DNA of 40,815 bases from IMG/VR virus record IMGVR_UViG_3300006184_000006; one strand, 5' to 3'. The stretch is from a virus. The notes beneath the pieces are model-generated. The model worked only from the letters and a program-made list of their open reading frames with translations, searched no databases and was not told where the DNA came from. Positions 14,586 to 24,558 of this stretch are shown one piece after another. The number at the start of each line of letters is the position of its first letter. The first letter of the stretch is position 1. A program made the position numbers and the translations under genes.

Positions 14586-14798
14586 ATGCCCATCAGTCTC
14601 GGCACCGAATGGGAGCAGGCAGTCCTCGCCCTCCCCTCCATCTCGCCAGCAGGCATCGACCCCCAGCACATAGACCCCGGCAGCCTAGAGGTATCCCTGC
14701 TCAACCCAGCCGGACCCACCACTGTCCGGGCCACCATCGTGTTCAGCGTCGACACCGAAGAGCTCAAGCAGACCGTGCGCGACACGCTCGACCAGTGA
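14586..14798 (+). CDS. Hypothetical protein (70 aa), first gene of the late operon
   Basis: GGAGGG lies 5 nt upstream of ATG 14586. The track ORF starts at GTG 14580. Confidence 0.55.
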   Translation: MPISLGTEWEQAVLALPSISPAGIDPQHIDPGSLEVSLLNPAGPTTVRATIVFSVDTEELKQTVRDTLDQ

Positions 14799-15124
14799 GA
14801 GTCTGCTCCGAACCCGGGTGCCCCGAGATCTACCCCAAGACCTACGGCCCCCGCTGCCCCACCCACGCCCGCCTCAACGAACACACACGAGGCAGCAGAC
14901 AACAACGCGGATACGACACAGCCCACGACAGAGAACGCCGCAGATGGGCACCAGTCGTAGCCCGAGGCCACACACCATGCGCCAAGTGCGGACAACCCAT
15001 AGCACGGGCAGAGCCATGGGACCTCGGACACAACAACACACGCACCACGTGGACAGGACCAGAACACGTCCACTGCAACCGATCTGATGGAGGGCGCAAG
15101 GCCCACCACACCCCTGGGGGATGA
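14795..15124 (+). CDS. HNH endonuclease (terminase-associated type)
   Basis: VRVCSEPGCPE...CAKCGQPI...WDLGH...GPEHVHCNRSDG. GTG 14795 overlaps the upstream stop. It lies immediately upstream of terS and terL. Confidence 0.8.
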   Translation: MRVCSEPGCPEIYPKTYGPRCPTHARLNEHTRGSRQQRGYDTAHDRERRRWAPVVARGHTPCAKCGQPIARAEPWDLGHNNTRTTWTGPEHVHCNRSDGGRKAHHTPGG

Positions 15125-15248
15125 CCCCCTCGACCCCACCCACGACGTACCGCCGGGGATGGGATCTTTTCTGTGTACGGGTTTGGGAGTCGCGTGAGCG
15201 GCCTCCTGGGCCTGCCTGGTGGGTGCCGCAATGGTGCTGCCGTGAGTG

Positions 15249-15286
15249 AGCGCAAGGCCTGCTCTGATCAGCGAAGCGCAAGGCTT
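15249..15286 (+). repeat. Two copies of AGCGCAAGGC(C/T)T, 26 bp apart, just upstream of terS
   Basis: agcgcaaggcct at 15249-15260 and agcgcaaggctt at 15275-15286. Confidence 0.55.
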
Positions 15287-15302
15287 CATCGGAGGTTTCA
15301 CC

Positions 15303-15737
15303 ATGCCTGGACCTGCACCGAAGGATCCGTCGAGTCGTCGTCGTAGGAATGCGACGGTTGGGAAGACGATGCTGCCAGCTGGTGGGCGTCAGGGTGATGT
15401 TCCGGTGTGGCCGATCCTGTCTCGTACGGAGCCGGATGTGTGGGCTGATCTGTGGCGCACTCCTCAGGCTTCGGCGTGGGAGGCGCAGGGTTGGACTCGA
15501 GTCGTTGCCCGGTATGCGCTTCTGATTGAGGCGACGGAGGATCCCAACCCGGAGAACTCGCCGTCTGCGGCGATCCTGGCTGAGGTTCGTCAGATGGAGG
15601 ATCGGCTTGGTCTGAATCCGAAGGCGCTGCGTTCCTTGCTGTGGGAGGTCACTTCGGATGAGGTTGCTGAGAGGCGCGATGAGTCGAAGGTGTCGAAGGC
15701 GACCAGCAAGCGTGCTGAGCTGAAGGTTGTCGGCTGA
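15303..15737 (+). CDS. Terminase small subunit
   Basis: 144 aa. GGAGG lies 7 nt upstream of the start. MPGPAPKDPSSRRRRN...WADLWRTPQASAWE is the typical N-terminus of P27-like TerS. It lies directly upstream of TerL. Confidence 0.8.
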   Translation: MPGPAPKDPSSRRRRNATVGKTMLPAGGRQGDVPVWPILSRTEPDVWADLWRTPQASAWEAQGWTRVVARYALLIEATEDPNPENSPSAAILAEVRQMEDRLGLNPKALRSLLWEVTSDEVAERRDESKVSKATSKRAELKVVG

Positions 15738-17347
15738 TGCCTTGGCGGGGCCCGGAGTATGAGGGCGAGTTCCCGTCGCTTGGGTGGTCGATCGGTGAGT
15801 GGATTGAGGAGCACTGCGTGATCCCGGACGGGGATCTCGCGGGGCAGCCGTACATGCTCACCGACGAGATGTGGACGTTCCTCGTCAAGCATTACCGCTT
15901 GCATGAGGGAGCCCGCGAGCACTCGTGGCAGACGGCATGGCATTACACGAAGTCGATGCTGGTTCGGCCGCAGAAGTGGGGCAAGTCCCCGTTCGTGGCG
16001 GCGATGATCTGTGCTGAGGCTGTCGGGGATGTGATCTTCGCAGGCTGGGATGCGAACGGTGAACCGGTCGCACGCCCCTGGCCGACTGCGATCATCCAGG
16101 TGACGGCGTCGACTGAGGATCAGACCGACAACGTCTATAAGGCGTTGCGGCCGATGATCGACACGGGCCCGTTGACGGATCTGATCCCGGATACGGGTGA
16201 GACGCGCATCAACCTTCCCGGTGCTGGGTGGATCGAACCAGTGACGTCGAAGGCACTCTCTCGGCTTGGTGCTCGTGTCACGTTCGTCCCTCAGGATGAG
16301 CCGGGTACATGGCCGGGCGGGAGCCAGCTCGAGAAGATGGCCGACACTCAGTACCGCGGCCTCGCTGGTACCGGCGGTCGCCCAGTTCTGATCACGAACG
16401 GCTGGGACCTCGCGGAGAACTCGGTTGCGCAGCAGCTAGCGGAGTCGAATGAGCCTGACGTTCTGGTGGATCACACGAAGGCGCCCGAGCACTTGTCGTA
16501 CACGAACAAGGTCGACAGGCAGAAGATCCACCGCATCGTTTACGGTGACTCGGCGCTGAAGCTCGACCGCGGCGGCAACCGGGTCACCGGATGGGTGAAC
16601 CTTGACCGTATCGAGGCGGAAGCATCGAAGCTGGTCAAGAAGGACCCGAACCAGGCGGCACGCTTCTTCGGCAACATCCCGTCGATGGGTTCTGGTTCCT
16701 GGTTGCAGCCGGGCCAGTACAGCGATCGTGTGGTTGTTCGGGAACGGCCGAAGTCGGGTCCTGTGTGTCTGGGGTTCGACGGTTCGGACGTGGATGACTG
16801 GTCTGCGATCCGCCTGTCCACGTTCGACTTCCACAAGTTCACTCCCGTGGATCATCTCGGCCGGCGAACGATCTGGAATCCGGCACTGACCGGCGGGAAG
16901 ATTCCCCGCCTCGAGGTGATGGCGGCGTTCGAGTACGTGTTTCAGACGTACGACGTCGTCCGCGCCTACCTGGACCCGCCACTGTGGGCCAGCGAGGTCA
17001 ACTTCCTCCAAGGGAAGTACGGCGACCGGGTCGTCTTCGAGTGGCCGACGTACCGGATCAAGCCGATGCATGCGGCGCTCGAGCGATTGAAGACCGACAT
17101 CATCAACCCCACCTCGGGGCTGTCATTCGACGCGGACCCCGATGCGGACATCCATTACCGGAACGCGGTCATGCGTGCCCGTGCAGGGCAGACCTACATC
17201 CTCGGGAAACCGGCGGACAACCAGAAGATCGACATCGTCATGTCCGACGCGCTGGCGCATGAGGCCGTGAATGATGCGATCGCAGCGAATGATCTCGGCC
17301 GGCGCAAGACGTCACAGATTTCGACCACGTTCTACAAGATCGGCTAA
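15737..17347 (+). CDS. Terminase large subunit
   Basis: 536 aa with the size, position and two-domain (ATPase plus nuclease) character of Terminase_1-type TerL. The start overlaps the terS stop. Confidence 0.92.
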   Translation: MPWRGPEYEGEFPSLGWSIGEWIEEHCVIPDGDLAGQPYMLTDEMWTFLVKHYRLHEGAREHSWQTAWHYTKSMLVRPQKWGKSPFVAAMICAEAVGDVIFAGWDANGEPVARPWPTAIIQVTASTEDQTDNVYKALRPMIDTGPLTDLIPDTGETRINLPGAGWIEPVTSKALSRLGARVTFVPQDEPGTWPGGSQLEKMADTQYRGLAGTGGRPVLITNGWDLAENSVAQQLAESNEPDVLVDHTKAPEHLSYTNKVDRQKIHRIVYGDSALKLDRGGNRVTGWVNLDRIEAEASKLVKKDPNQAARFFGNIPSMGSGSWLQPGQYSDRVVVRERPKSGPVCLGFDGSDVDDWSAIRLSTFDFHKFTPVDHLGRRTIWNPALTGGKIPRLEVMAAFEYVFQTYDVVRAYLDPPLWASEVNFLQGKYGDRVVFEWPTYRIKPMHAALERLKTDIINPTSGLSFDADPDADIHYRNAVMRARAGQTYILGKPADNQKIDIVMSDALAHEAVNDAIAANDLGRRKTSQISTTFYKIG

Positions 17348-17360
17348 CCGGGAGGTGTTC

Positions 17361-18881
17361 ATGGACGTCATCACCGCCCGGGAACGCCTCGCTGTGGGGA
17401 TGCATGAGCTTCAGGAGTCGCTGAACGCGAAGCAGAAGCGTGAGCGGTACTTCCGTGGGGATCATGACCGTCCGTTCGCCCCTGCAGGTGTGAATGAGGA
17501 GTACACGGATCTGCAGGACCAGGCGATCGCGAACTGGATCGCTCTCGCGGTCGGGTCTCCTGTTCAGCGACTCCGAGGCGACTCCTTCGTCACCCATGTG
17601 GACGAGAACCTCGACAAGACGTTGTGGCGGAATGTGTGGCAGTCGAACCGTATGGATTCGATGCAGGCGCTCCCGTATCGCGACATGATGATGCACGGCC
17701 GCGGGATCGTGTCAGTGTGGCCGAACACGAAGGTCAAGGCTCGGCCGATCGTCCGCCCGGAGTCGAACGAGCTCGTCTACGTGCACCCTTCGGAGGATGA
17801 CCCGTTCACGGCTGCCTGGTCGGTGAAGGTGTTCACCGTGCAGGACTACTCGCTCGCCGCTGGTGCGCTGGTCCTCCCCACAGGGACGCCGGGCACGGTC
17901 CGCACGGTAGGGATCGTGTACGACGACACGTCGATGATCCGGTTCGAGAAGGGCGGCAAGTCCAACAACGCCGACTTCGAGGTTGTGGCTGACGGAACTC
18001 ACCCGATGGGTGAGAACCCGTTCGTCACCTTCGACTACCGCCCGGATGCGATGGGCCGCACCTGGTCGCCGATGGACCCGCTGATCCCGCAGCAGGACGC
18101 GATCAACACCATCCGGTTCAACACCCTGTTGGCGATGCAGTTCAGTGCGTTCCGGCAGCGCATCGTTGTCGGATTCGACCCGGTTGTACGTGACGAGCAG
18201 GGCAACGTCGTCTTCCAGAAGAACCCGGACGGCTCTTTCAAGCTCGACGGCAACGGAAACCCAATGCCCCAGGTCACCGCGGCCGGGAAAATCGGCGTCG
18301 ACCGGCTCCTCGCCTTCCCTGGTGGTGACACGAAGGTGTTCGATCTCCCTGAGTCGAACCTGTCGAACTACATCACCGTGCTTGGGGAGTTCCTGACCCA
18401 GTTCTTCGCGACCGGCCAGATTCCGCCCCAGTACCTCCTGTCTCGGATGGCGAATCTCTCCGGTGACGCACTGACCGGTGCCGAGTCGACACTTGCGTCT
18501 CTCGTGCAGGAGATCCAGCTCATCGGAGCGGAAGCGAACGAGGGCATCTTCCGTCGCGGCGCGAAGTGCGCCGGCCTCGAGTCGGACTTCCCCGACGCGG
18601 AGATGAACTACGCCGATGCGGAAGCGAAGTCGTTCGCCCAGGTGGTCGACGGGATCCAGAAGCTCATCGCTGTCGACTTCCCCCACCGGGACGCGTTCGC
18701 GATGCTCCCCGGGGCGACGAAGCAGAAGGTCGATGACTGGATGGACCACATGGAGGACGAGTCCTTCACATCCACCCTCGCCAACGCTGCACGGTCGTTC
18801 CAGGTTGCCCCCGGTCAGTCGGTGGCTCCGGTGGCTGATCAGACGGAGCTGACCGATGGCACTTCCAACAACGGCAGTTGA
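17361..18881 (+). CDS. Portal protein
   Basis: 506 aa. GGAGG lies upstream of ATG 17361. It sits between TerL and the MuF-like gene. Confidence 0.88.
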   Translation: MDVITARERLAVGMHELQESLNAKQKRERYFRGDHDRPFAPAGVNEEYTDLQDQAIANWIALAVGSPVQRLRGDSFVTHVDENLDKTLWRNVWQSNRMDSMQALPYRDMMMHGRGIVSVWPNTKVKARPIVRPESNELVYVHPSEDDPFTAAWSVKVFTVQDYSLAAGALVLPTGTPGTVRTVGIVYDDTSMIRFEKGGKSNNADFEVVADGTHPMGENPFVTFDYRPDAMGRTWSPMDPLIPQQDAINTIRFNTLLAMQFSAFRQRIVVGFDPVVRDEQGNVVFQKNPDGSFKLDGNGNPMPQVTAAGKIGVDRLLAFPGGDTKVFDLPESNLSNYITVLGEFLTQFFATGQIPPQYLLSRMANLSGDALTGAESTLASLVQEIQLIGAEANEGIFRRGAKCAGLESDFPDAEMNYADAEAKSFAQVVDGIQKLIAVDFPHRDAFAMLPGATKQKVDDWMDHMEDESFTSTLANAARSFQVAPGQSVAPVADQTELTDGTSNNGS

Positions 18882-20115
18882 TCACTACCGGCAGCAGCAA
18901 GCGATCAGCGTTTCCACTGCAAAGCAGGTGGAGCGGTTGTGGCGGCAGATGGGTGTGAACTTCGACCTGTCGTGGTCGTCGATCTCCCCGGATGTGTTCG
19001 CGGCTGTGATCGCAGGACAGACTGCTGCCGCTGCTGGCGGGCTCGACTATGTTCCGGCTGTGCTCGAAGAGCAGGGCATCACCGCCCCGGCTGTGGCTGA
19101 CGTCAACCCCGCACGCTTCGCCGGCGGAACCCGTGACGGACGGCCGCTCGAGTCGCTTCTCGCAGGTGCCGTGTACGAGTCAAAGACTGCGGTCGGTCAG
19201 GGATACAGCACAGATGCCGCCCTCAGGCAGGGAAGCATCTGGCTGTCCACTGCCGTCCTGGACGCTGTCCGGGACGCGAACCGGCAGGCCGTTGCCTCCG
19301 GGTACACGGTGCGCCCCAAGGTGCAGGGATGGGTGCGGATGCTGAATCCGCCCTCATGCAAGTTCTGCATCACGTTGGCGGGAAAGTTCTTCCGCTGGAA
19401 CCAGGGGTTCCAATCGCACAACCGGTGCGACTGCAGGCACATCCCCACGAACGAGTCCGTGTCTGAAGACCTCACTGTGGACCCGTACAAGTACTTCCAC
19501 AGCCTGGACGAGAAGACCCAGAACCAGTTGTTCGGGAAGAACGATGCGGAAGCGATCCGCTCCGGTGGTGACATCTACCGGGTCGTCAACGTCCGATCGC
19601 GCGGCCTGTCCGATGACGTGCTCAAGAACACTGCCGGCCGTAACCGTGGATGGCAGGCACGACGGTGGGATTCCCCATCAAAGATGACGATCGACGACAT
19701 CTTCGCCGTCGCGAAGAACCGTGACGACGCCATCCGGCTCATGGAAACGAACGGGTTCATCACCGGCGCCCAGAACGCCGGCGGAAACCTGATCGGAAAC
19801 GTCGGGTTCGGTTACGCCGGGCAGCTGGGCCGCGGAGGGACCCGCAAGGGTGCAACGCGCGCGTATCAGAAGGCCCTCGTGACCGGGAACAGGGACCTCC
19901 TGGAACCGGCCACTCAGACCGCCGCGGAACGGCGCCTGCACAACGCTTACCTCGTGAAGCAGGCCGTCGACCAGAACCGCAACCCGTTCGGAACCGCGCG
20001 CCTCACCCCGGGCATGCGGAAAATCGCGGACGACATGTACGCCCGCGAGATCGGGAAGCTCGACACCGCTCCTCAGAGCGTCCGCGAGCTCGCCCGACTG
20101 CTCCACATTCTCTGA
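18856..20115 (+). CDS. MuF-like / SPP1 gp7-like minor head (head morphogenesis) protein
   Basis: 419 aa with MLNPPSCKFCITLAGKFF...HNRCDCRHIP, the signature of MuF-like proteins. It follows the portal gene. Confidence 0.8.
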   Translation: MALPTTAVDHYRQQQAISVSTAKQVERLWRQMGVNFDLSWSSISPDVFAAVIAGQTAAAAGGLDYVPAVLEEQGITAPAVADVNPARFAGGTRDGRPLESLLAGAVYESKTAVGQGYSTDAALRQGSIWLSTAVLDAVRDANRQAVASGYTVRPKVQGWVRMLNPPSCKFCITLAGKFFRWNQGFQSHNRCDCRHIPTNESVSEDLTVDPYKYFHSLDEKTQNQLFGKNDAEAIRSGGDIYRVVNVRSRGLSDDVLKNTAGRNRGWQARRWDSPSKMTIDDIFAVAKNRDDAIRLMETNGFITGAQNAGGNLIGNVGFGYAGQLGRGGTRKGATRAYQKALVTGNRDLLEPATQTAAERRLHNAYLVKQAVDQNRNPFGTARLTPGMRKIADDMYAREIGKLDTAPQSVRELARLLHIL

Positions 20116-20179
20116 CGTCGCAAGGACGCCAGACCACCGGCACGCAAGGTGCCTACACCGTCTCGCAAGGAGATCCGTC

Positions 20180-20887
20180 ATGTGCAAACTCAACCCATTC
20201 CCCACGATCGTCGACGCTGACGGCATGGCCGTCATCGGCCGCACCCTCCACGACCTCCGAGGCATTCGCTTCGGGGACGGTGAAGGCGGCAACGGGAGTG
20301 ACAGGGCAGGCGGAGACGGTGAAGGCGCTGATGGTGAAGGTGCCGACAAGGAAGGCCTTGGCGATGCCGGGCAGCAGGCTCTCGACCGGCTGAAGGCACG
20401 CGAACGGGCATCCCGGGCAGAGGCGAAGGCATACAAGGACCTCGGCCTCACCCCGGACGAGATCAAGGAACTCATCAACGCTCGCGATAAGGCGGGCGCA
20501 CCCGACGAGGACAAGATCCGCCAGACCGCACAGCGGGAGGCAGAGACGGCAGCCCGTGAGAAGTTCGCCGTCAAGCTGCGTGCCTCCGAGGTGCGCGCCC
20601 AGGCGGCGGAACTCGGATTCGCTTCCCCCTCGGATGCGCTGGCCCTTCTCCCCGCAGACAAGCTCGCCGGCGTCGACGTGTCCGACGACGACGAAGTCGA
20701 CACCGGTGAGGTCAAGAAGCTGCTCGAGCAGCTGAAGACCGACAAGCCGTATCTGCTGAAGAACACCGACACCACCGCCGATTACACCACTGCTGGGATC
20801 GGCGCCTCAGGCTCCGGCAAGACGCCGGATGTTCAGCCGGGGCTGGACCGCATGCGGTCCGCCTACGCGAAGAACACCAAGAAATAA
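20180..20887 (+). CDS. Scaffolding protein
   Basis: 235 aa, highly charged and helical, with Gly/Asp/Glu repeats (GDGEGADGEGADKEG). AAGGAG lies upstream. It sits immediately upstream of the capsid gene. Confidence 0.72.
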   Translation: MCKLNPFPTIVDADGMAVIGRTLHDLRGIRFGDGEGGNGSDRAGGDGEGADGEGADKEGLGDAGQQALDRLKARERASRAEAKAYKDLGLTPDEIKELINARDKAGAPDEDKIRQTAQREAETAAREKFAVKLRASEVRAQAAELGFASPSDALALLPADKLAGVDVSDDDEVDTGEVKKLLEQLKTDKPYLLKNTDTTADYTTAGIGASGSGKTPDVQPGLDRMRSAYAKNTKK

Positions 20888-20938
20888 CAAACGCTCCACG
20901 CGGACGCGGGGAGCCCTACCTGAAAGGAGGCAGCCACA

Positions 20939-21895
20939 ATGGCTGTCACTCTTCCTCAGTCCGCGCTCCTGTCGCAGAACGACCTGCAGCGCGGCGTCAT
21001 CGAGACGTTCGTGCAGCTCTCGCCTGTTCTCGACCGCATCCCGCTGATGCCGATCGAGGGCAACGCGTACGCGTACAACGTCGAGGCCACCCTGCCCGGT
21101 GTCGCGTTCCGTGCCGTCAACGAGGCCTACACCGAGTCGACCGGTACCGTGAACCAGCTCACCGAGTCGCTCGTCATCCTCGGTGGCGACGCCGACGTGG
21201 ACCGCTTCATCGTCCAGACCCGCGGCAACCTCAACGACCAGCGCGCCGTGCAGACCCGACTCAAGGTCAAGGCCGCGTCGTACAAGTTCCAGGACACCTT
21301 CTTCAACGGTGACGTCACCGTTGACACGAAGTCGTTCGACGGACTCAAGAAGCGTCTCACCGGCTCCCAGGTCATCTCCGCCGGCACCAACGGCATCCCC
21401 GTCGTCGGCAACGGCGGTTCGGACGCCAACGCGTTCTTCGACCAGCTCGACAACCTCCTCGCCGCGGTCCCCGGAATCGATGCCTCCAACGGCGCCATCT
21501 ACGCCAACTCCAACATCGTCAACAAGGTCCGCTCCGCGGGCCGACGCATCGGCGGCGTGGACATCGTCAAGGAAGACCTCACCGGCAAGCGCGTCGTCAC
21601 GTGGAACGGCATCCCGATCCTCGACCCGGGCAACAACAACGCCGGTACGGCGATCCTCCCGCAGACCGAGACCCAGGGATCCTCGTCCCTCGCGTCGTCC
21701 ATCTACGCGGTGAAGTTCGGCGAGGACGAGACCGATGGCGGCGTCACCGGCCTCACCAACGGTGGGGTCATGGTCGACGACCTCGGCTTCCTGCAGTCCC
21801 AGCCGGTGTACCGCACCCGCATCGAGTTCTACTGCGGTCTCGCAGTGTTCGCCGGCAAGGGTGCAGCCCGCCTCACCGGTGTCCTCAACGGCTGA
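20939..21895 (+). CDS. Major capsid protein
   Basis: 318 aa. A strong AAAGGAGG lies upstream. It sits after the scaffold gene. Confidence 0.88.
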   Translation: MAVTLPQSALLSQNDLQRGVIETFVQLSPVLDRIPLMPIEGNAYAYNVEATLPGVAFRAVNEAYTESTGTVNQLTESLVILGGDADVDRFIVQTRGNLNDQRAVQTRLKVKAASYKFQDTFFNGDVTVDTKSFDGLKKRLTGSQVISAGTNGIPVVGNGGSDANAFFDQLDNLLAAVPGIDASNGAIYANSNIVNKVRSAGRRIGGVDIVKEDLTGKRVVTWNGIPILDPGNNNAGTAILPQTETQGSSSLASSIYAVKFGEDETDGGVTGLTNGGVMVDDLGFLQSQPVYRTRIEFYCGLAVFAGKGAARLTGVLNG

Positions 21896-21914
21896 CCTAG
21901 AAAGGAAATCGATC

Positions 21915-22238
21915 ATGCCTCGTGCAGCAAAGCCCGCAGAGACGACCCTCGACGACAACGTCGAGGAGCTCTCCACCGTCGCCCCCGGCGACGCACCCGC
22001 CGACACCACCGACCCCACGGAGCACGCCTCCACCGTCGTCCCACAGCCCTCCGCGGAGGCGCTGAAGCAGGGAACCGTCAACGGTGTCCTCCCCGTCGAG
22101 CCGGCGACGACCGCACCCGCAGCAGCTGTCGACGCGAAGGACCACCGCGTCGAAGAGTACGACGCGGTCAAGCCGGACGGCAGCAAGGTCCGCATCAAGC
22201 ACAACATCGACCTCGGCACCACCGAGATCGTCAAGTAG
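21915..22238 (+). CDS. Hypothetical head-associated protein (107 aa, Pro/Ala/Thr-rich)
   Basis: ATG 21915 follows GAAAGGAAA. The track ORF 21735-22238 is in the same frame. Confidence 0.55.
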   Translation: MPRAAKPAETTLDDNVEELSTVAPGDAPADTTDPTEHASTVVPQPSAEALKQGTVNGVLPVEPATTAPAAAVDAKDHRVEEYDAVKPDGSKVRIKHNIDLGTTEIVK

Positions 22239-22255
22239 TCGGCAGGAGGGCGCTC

Positions 22256-22651
22256 GTGACTAACCCGGCGATCATCCAGGACGTCATCGAACGTTTCGAG
22301 CGCCCCCTCACCGATACCGAGAAGACCGCCGGAGCGAAGTGGCTTGACGATGCATGGAGCATCGTTCGCCGCAACGTGCCCGGCATTCAAGCTCGGATGA
22401 GTCTGAACCCAGACCAGCCCGGATACATCGAATCCGAAGACGTTGTCCGGGTTCTCTCCTGGATGGTCATCCGTGTCCTCCGTAATCCCGAAGCGTTGCG
22501 CCAGTGGTCGGACGATACCTACAACCAGACCGTAGACACAGCAATGTCTTCAGGCCTCCTCTACCTTGCCGATTCTGAGCTTGCCGACCTGCTCCCCGCA
22601 GCGCCCGGCGCCGCAGCGAACGGCATGTACTCGATCCCCCTGGGCAGGTAA
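22256..22651 (+). CDS. Head-tail connector (gp6-like adaptor)
   Basis: 131 aa, with AGGAGG before the GTG start. The call rests on position and size. Confidence 0.6.
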   Translation: MTNPAIIQDVIERFERPLTDTEKTAGAKWLDDAWSIVRRNVPGIQARMSLNPDQPGYIESEDVVRVLSWMVIRVLRNPEALRQWSDDTYNQTVDTAMSSGLLYLADSELADLLPAAPGAAANGMYSIPLGR

Positions 22652-22653
22652 GC

Positions 22654-23070
22654 ATGGTCTCACCCGCACAGGCAGCTCAGGGCCGGCGTCGCGCTGAATC
22701 CCGACTCACCGACCGATGCCGAATCGTCCGTCGCACCAAGTCGATCACCCTCGACGAGCACGGAAACTATCCGATCGTTGAGGTGCAGGTGTATCCGCCT
22801 GGTGGCGAAGCAGACGGTCCTTGCGCCCTCAAAGCGGTCAACATCTTCCCGGAGGACGTCGACGCCGTGGGGCAGAACCTCGTCCTCCAGAGCACCGAGC
22901 TGGGATTGCCAATGGGCACCAGCGGCGACGTCGAAACCGGCCAGGTCGTCATCATCACATCATCGGAGTTCGATGCTGCATCCGTTGGAACCGAATTCCG
23001 AATCGAAGGGCTTGCGGAACGACAGACGTACGCCACATTGCGTCGGTTCCGCATCGAGGAGAGATCATGA
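22654..23070 (+). CDS. Head closure / head-tail adaptor protein
   Basis: 138 aa. The call rests on position in the head-tail joining block. Confidence 0.55.
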   Translation: MVSPAQAAQGRRRAESRLTDRCRIVRRTKSITLDEHGNYPIVEVQVYPPGGEADGPCALKAVNIFPEDVDAVGQNLVLQSTELGLPMGTSGDVETGQVVIITSSEFDAASVGTEFRIEGLAERQTYATLRRFRIEERS

Positions 23071-23480
23071 GCGACGGATTCGACGTCGACTTCTCCGAGT
23101 TCGACAAGCTCGCCGCGGACCTGGGCGAGGTCCCGAAGAACATCGGGCCCTTCGTCCGAAAAGCGGTAGAAGTCGGCGCACGCAACGTCCGCGATGACTG
23201 GCGCCAGAACGCGCAGGGAATGGCGCACGCGCCCGCCTTTCCGTACTCAATCACCTACGACCTCAAAGGTGGGAACGCTGTCCGAGGATCTCAGATCGAA
23301 GCCGAGATCGGCCCCGATAAGGCCCGACCGCAGGGGGCGCTGGGAAACCTCATCGAGTTCGGTTCGGTCCACAACCCGCCGCAAGGCCTCGGTCTGGGCG
23401 CGCTCCAGCGAGAGCAAGAGGATTTCGTCGAAGGACTCGCGAAAGCCGAGGCTGACGCCAGGAAGAAGGGCAACCTGTGA
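23067..23480 (+). CDS. HK97 gp10-like tail-component / neck protein
   Basis: 137 aa with VPKNIGPFVRKAVEVGARNVRDDW...GNLIEFGSVHNPP, a typical gp10-family pattern. ATG 23067 overlaps the upstream stop. Confidence 0.68.
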   Translation: MSDGFDVDFSEFDKLAADLGEVPKNIGPFVRKAVEVGARNVRDDWRQNAQGMAHAPAFPYSITYDLKGGNAVRGSQIEAEIGPDKARPQGALGNLIEFGSVHNPPQGLGLGALQREQEDFVEGLAKAEADARKKGNL

Positions 23481-23872
23481 TCAGAGCCCACGTTGACGCG
23501 TTCCTTGCCCAGATCCGACTTGACGACGAACTCGCCGACACCACGTTCGACGGCGACGTCACCGGGACCCCTGATCGTTATTGCGTCGTCACATTCAACA
23601 GCGGTGATCGGTATGGGGACAGGCTCACCGGGCCGGAGGTTGCCGCCACCTTCCGTGCTGGCGTGCGGTCAGTCGGAGCGACCCGTGACCAAGCCCAGTT
23701 CGTTGCTGAGCGTGTCTTTGCTCAGGTGATGAACGTTCACCTCGAGGTGCCGGGGCGGCAGTTGGGCCTGATCCGCCACGCAGGTGGCCAGCCCACAACG
23801 AAGGACGACACCGTCACGCCGCCCCTGTTCGTGGCGACGGACTTCTTCGAATTCGACAGCGACCCCATCTGA
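23477..23872 (+). CDS. Tail terminator-like protein
   Basis: 131 aa. It is the last gene before the major tail protein. Confidence 0.55.
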   Translation: MIRAHVDAFLAQIRLDDELADTTFDGDVTGTPDRYCVVTFNSGDRYGDRLTGPEVAATFRAGVRSVGATRDQAQFVAERVFAQVMNVHLEVPGRQLGLIRHAGGQPTTKDDTVTPPLFVATDFFEFDSDPI

Positions 23873-23953
23873 GCGGGTCGCCTCATGCTCCCTTCGGTCT
23901 CCCCGGAGGGCTAACCGAAGACCCCGGTTTGTCGGGGAGAGAAAGGAGCCACT

Positions 23954-24472
23954 ATGGCTGACGTTGCAGAGGGGCTCATTCCCCCGAGCGCACTGGATCA
24001 GAAGGGCAACACCACCATCTGGTGGGTCCCGACGATCGCAGACCCCACCGCCCCGAAGGTGACCGAAGTGGGCGCCGGAACGCGGGTGACGTACTCGTTC
24101 ACTCCTGCCGGGTTCAACTTCGGTGGAGCGCAGGGAACTACTAAGGACGAGCGTCTCGGTCTCATTCAGGCCCTCGAATCGCTGGACACCAACGAGGTCA
24201 CCCTCGACCTCGAGTACGTCGAGTCGACGGATGCGAAGTCCGCGAACGTGGTCCTCGCGCCCACGCCGCCGGCGACAACCATCGCGGGGAACTTCGTGAT
24301 CCGCACCTCGACGCCGAACGCGACTCTGGCGGCTGCGGCACAGAAGGTGCGTGTCGTCCAGGTGGTGCTGGGTGCCCAGAACCTGGGGACCGTCAACAAC
24401 GCGGGCAAGTTCCTGATCAAGCAGAAGGCTGCAATCGCGGCCGTGGTTGGACCGCCTGTCGCGCTGGTCTGA
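23954..24472 (+). CDS. Major tail protein
   Basis: 172 aa with a strong AAAGGAG upstream. It is followed by a 12-bp-stem hairpin. It sits upstream of the G/GT chaperones. Confidence 0.8.
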   Translation: MADVAEGLIPPSALDQKGNTTIWWVPTIADPTAPKVTEVGAGTRVTYSFTPAGFNFGGAQGTTKDERLGLIQALESLDTNEVTLDLEYVESTDAKSANVVLAPTPPATTIAGNFVIRTSTPNATLAAAAQKVRVVQVVLGAQNLGTVNNAGKFLIKQKAAIAAVVGPPVALV

Positions 24473-24481
24473 TCTTCGACT

Positions 24482-24518
24482 GCCTGGCGGGGTGCTCCCA
24501 CCCTGTACCCCGCCAGGC
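24482..24518 (+). terminator. Strong stem-loop after the major tail gene (partial terminator or mRNA stabiliser)
   Basis: GCCTGGCGGGGT-(13-nt loop)-ACCCCGCCAGGC is a perfect 12-bp stem. It is followed by GCATCTCTCTTC, a weak U-tract. Confidence 0.5.
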
Positions 24519-24558
24519 GCATCTCTCTTCATGGGTGGAAGGGTGGAAGGACTTAGGT

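Noticed and set aside
14265-14794. Track ORFs 14265-14522 and the upstream part of 14495-15124 in the early/late spacer
   Set aside because: They are Pro/Thr/Arg-rich low-complexity translations of C-rich DNA that contains a terminator. The HNH motifs begin only after GTG 14795.
20807-22390. 527-aa minus-strand ORF opposite the capsid genes, along with similar ORFs at 17712-18749, 19678-20775, 23669-24532 and 37325-38134
   Set aside because: These are the same kind of GC-driven shadow ORFs. They overlap genes with strong RBSs and recognisable functions on the other strand or in another frame.
23873-23953. Overlapping short hairpins (CTTCGG/CCGAAG, CCCCG/CGGGG) upstream of the major tail gene
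   Set aside because: The stems are only 5-7 bp with competing alternatives and no U-tract. A regulatory role cannot be supported from sequence alone.
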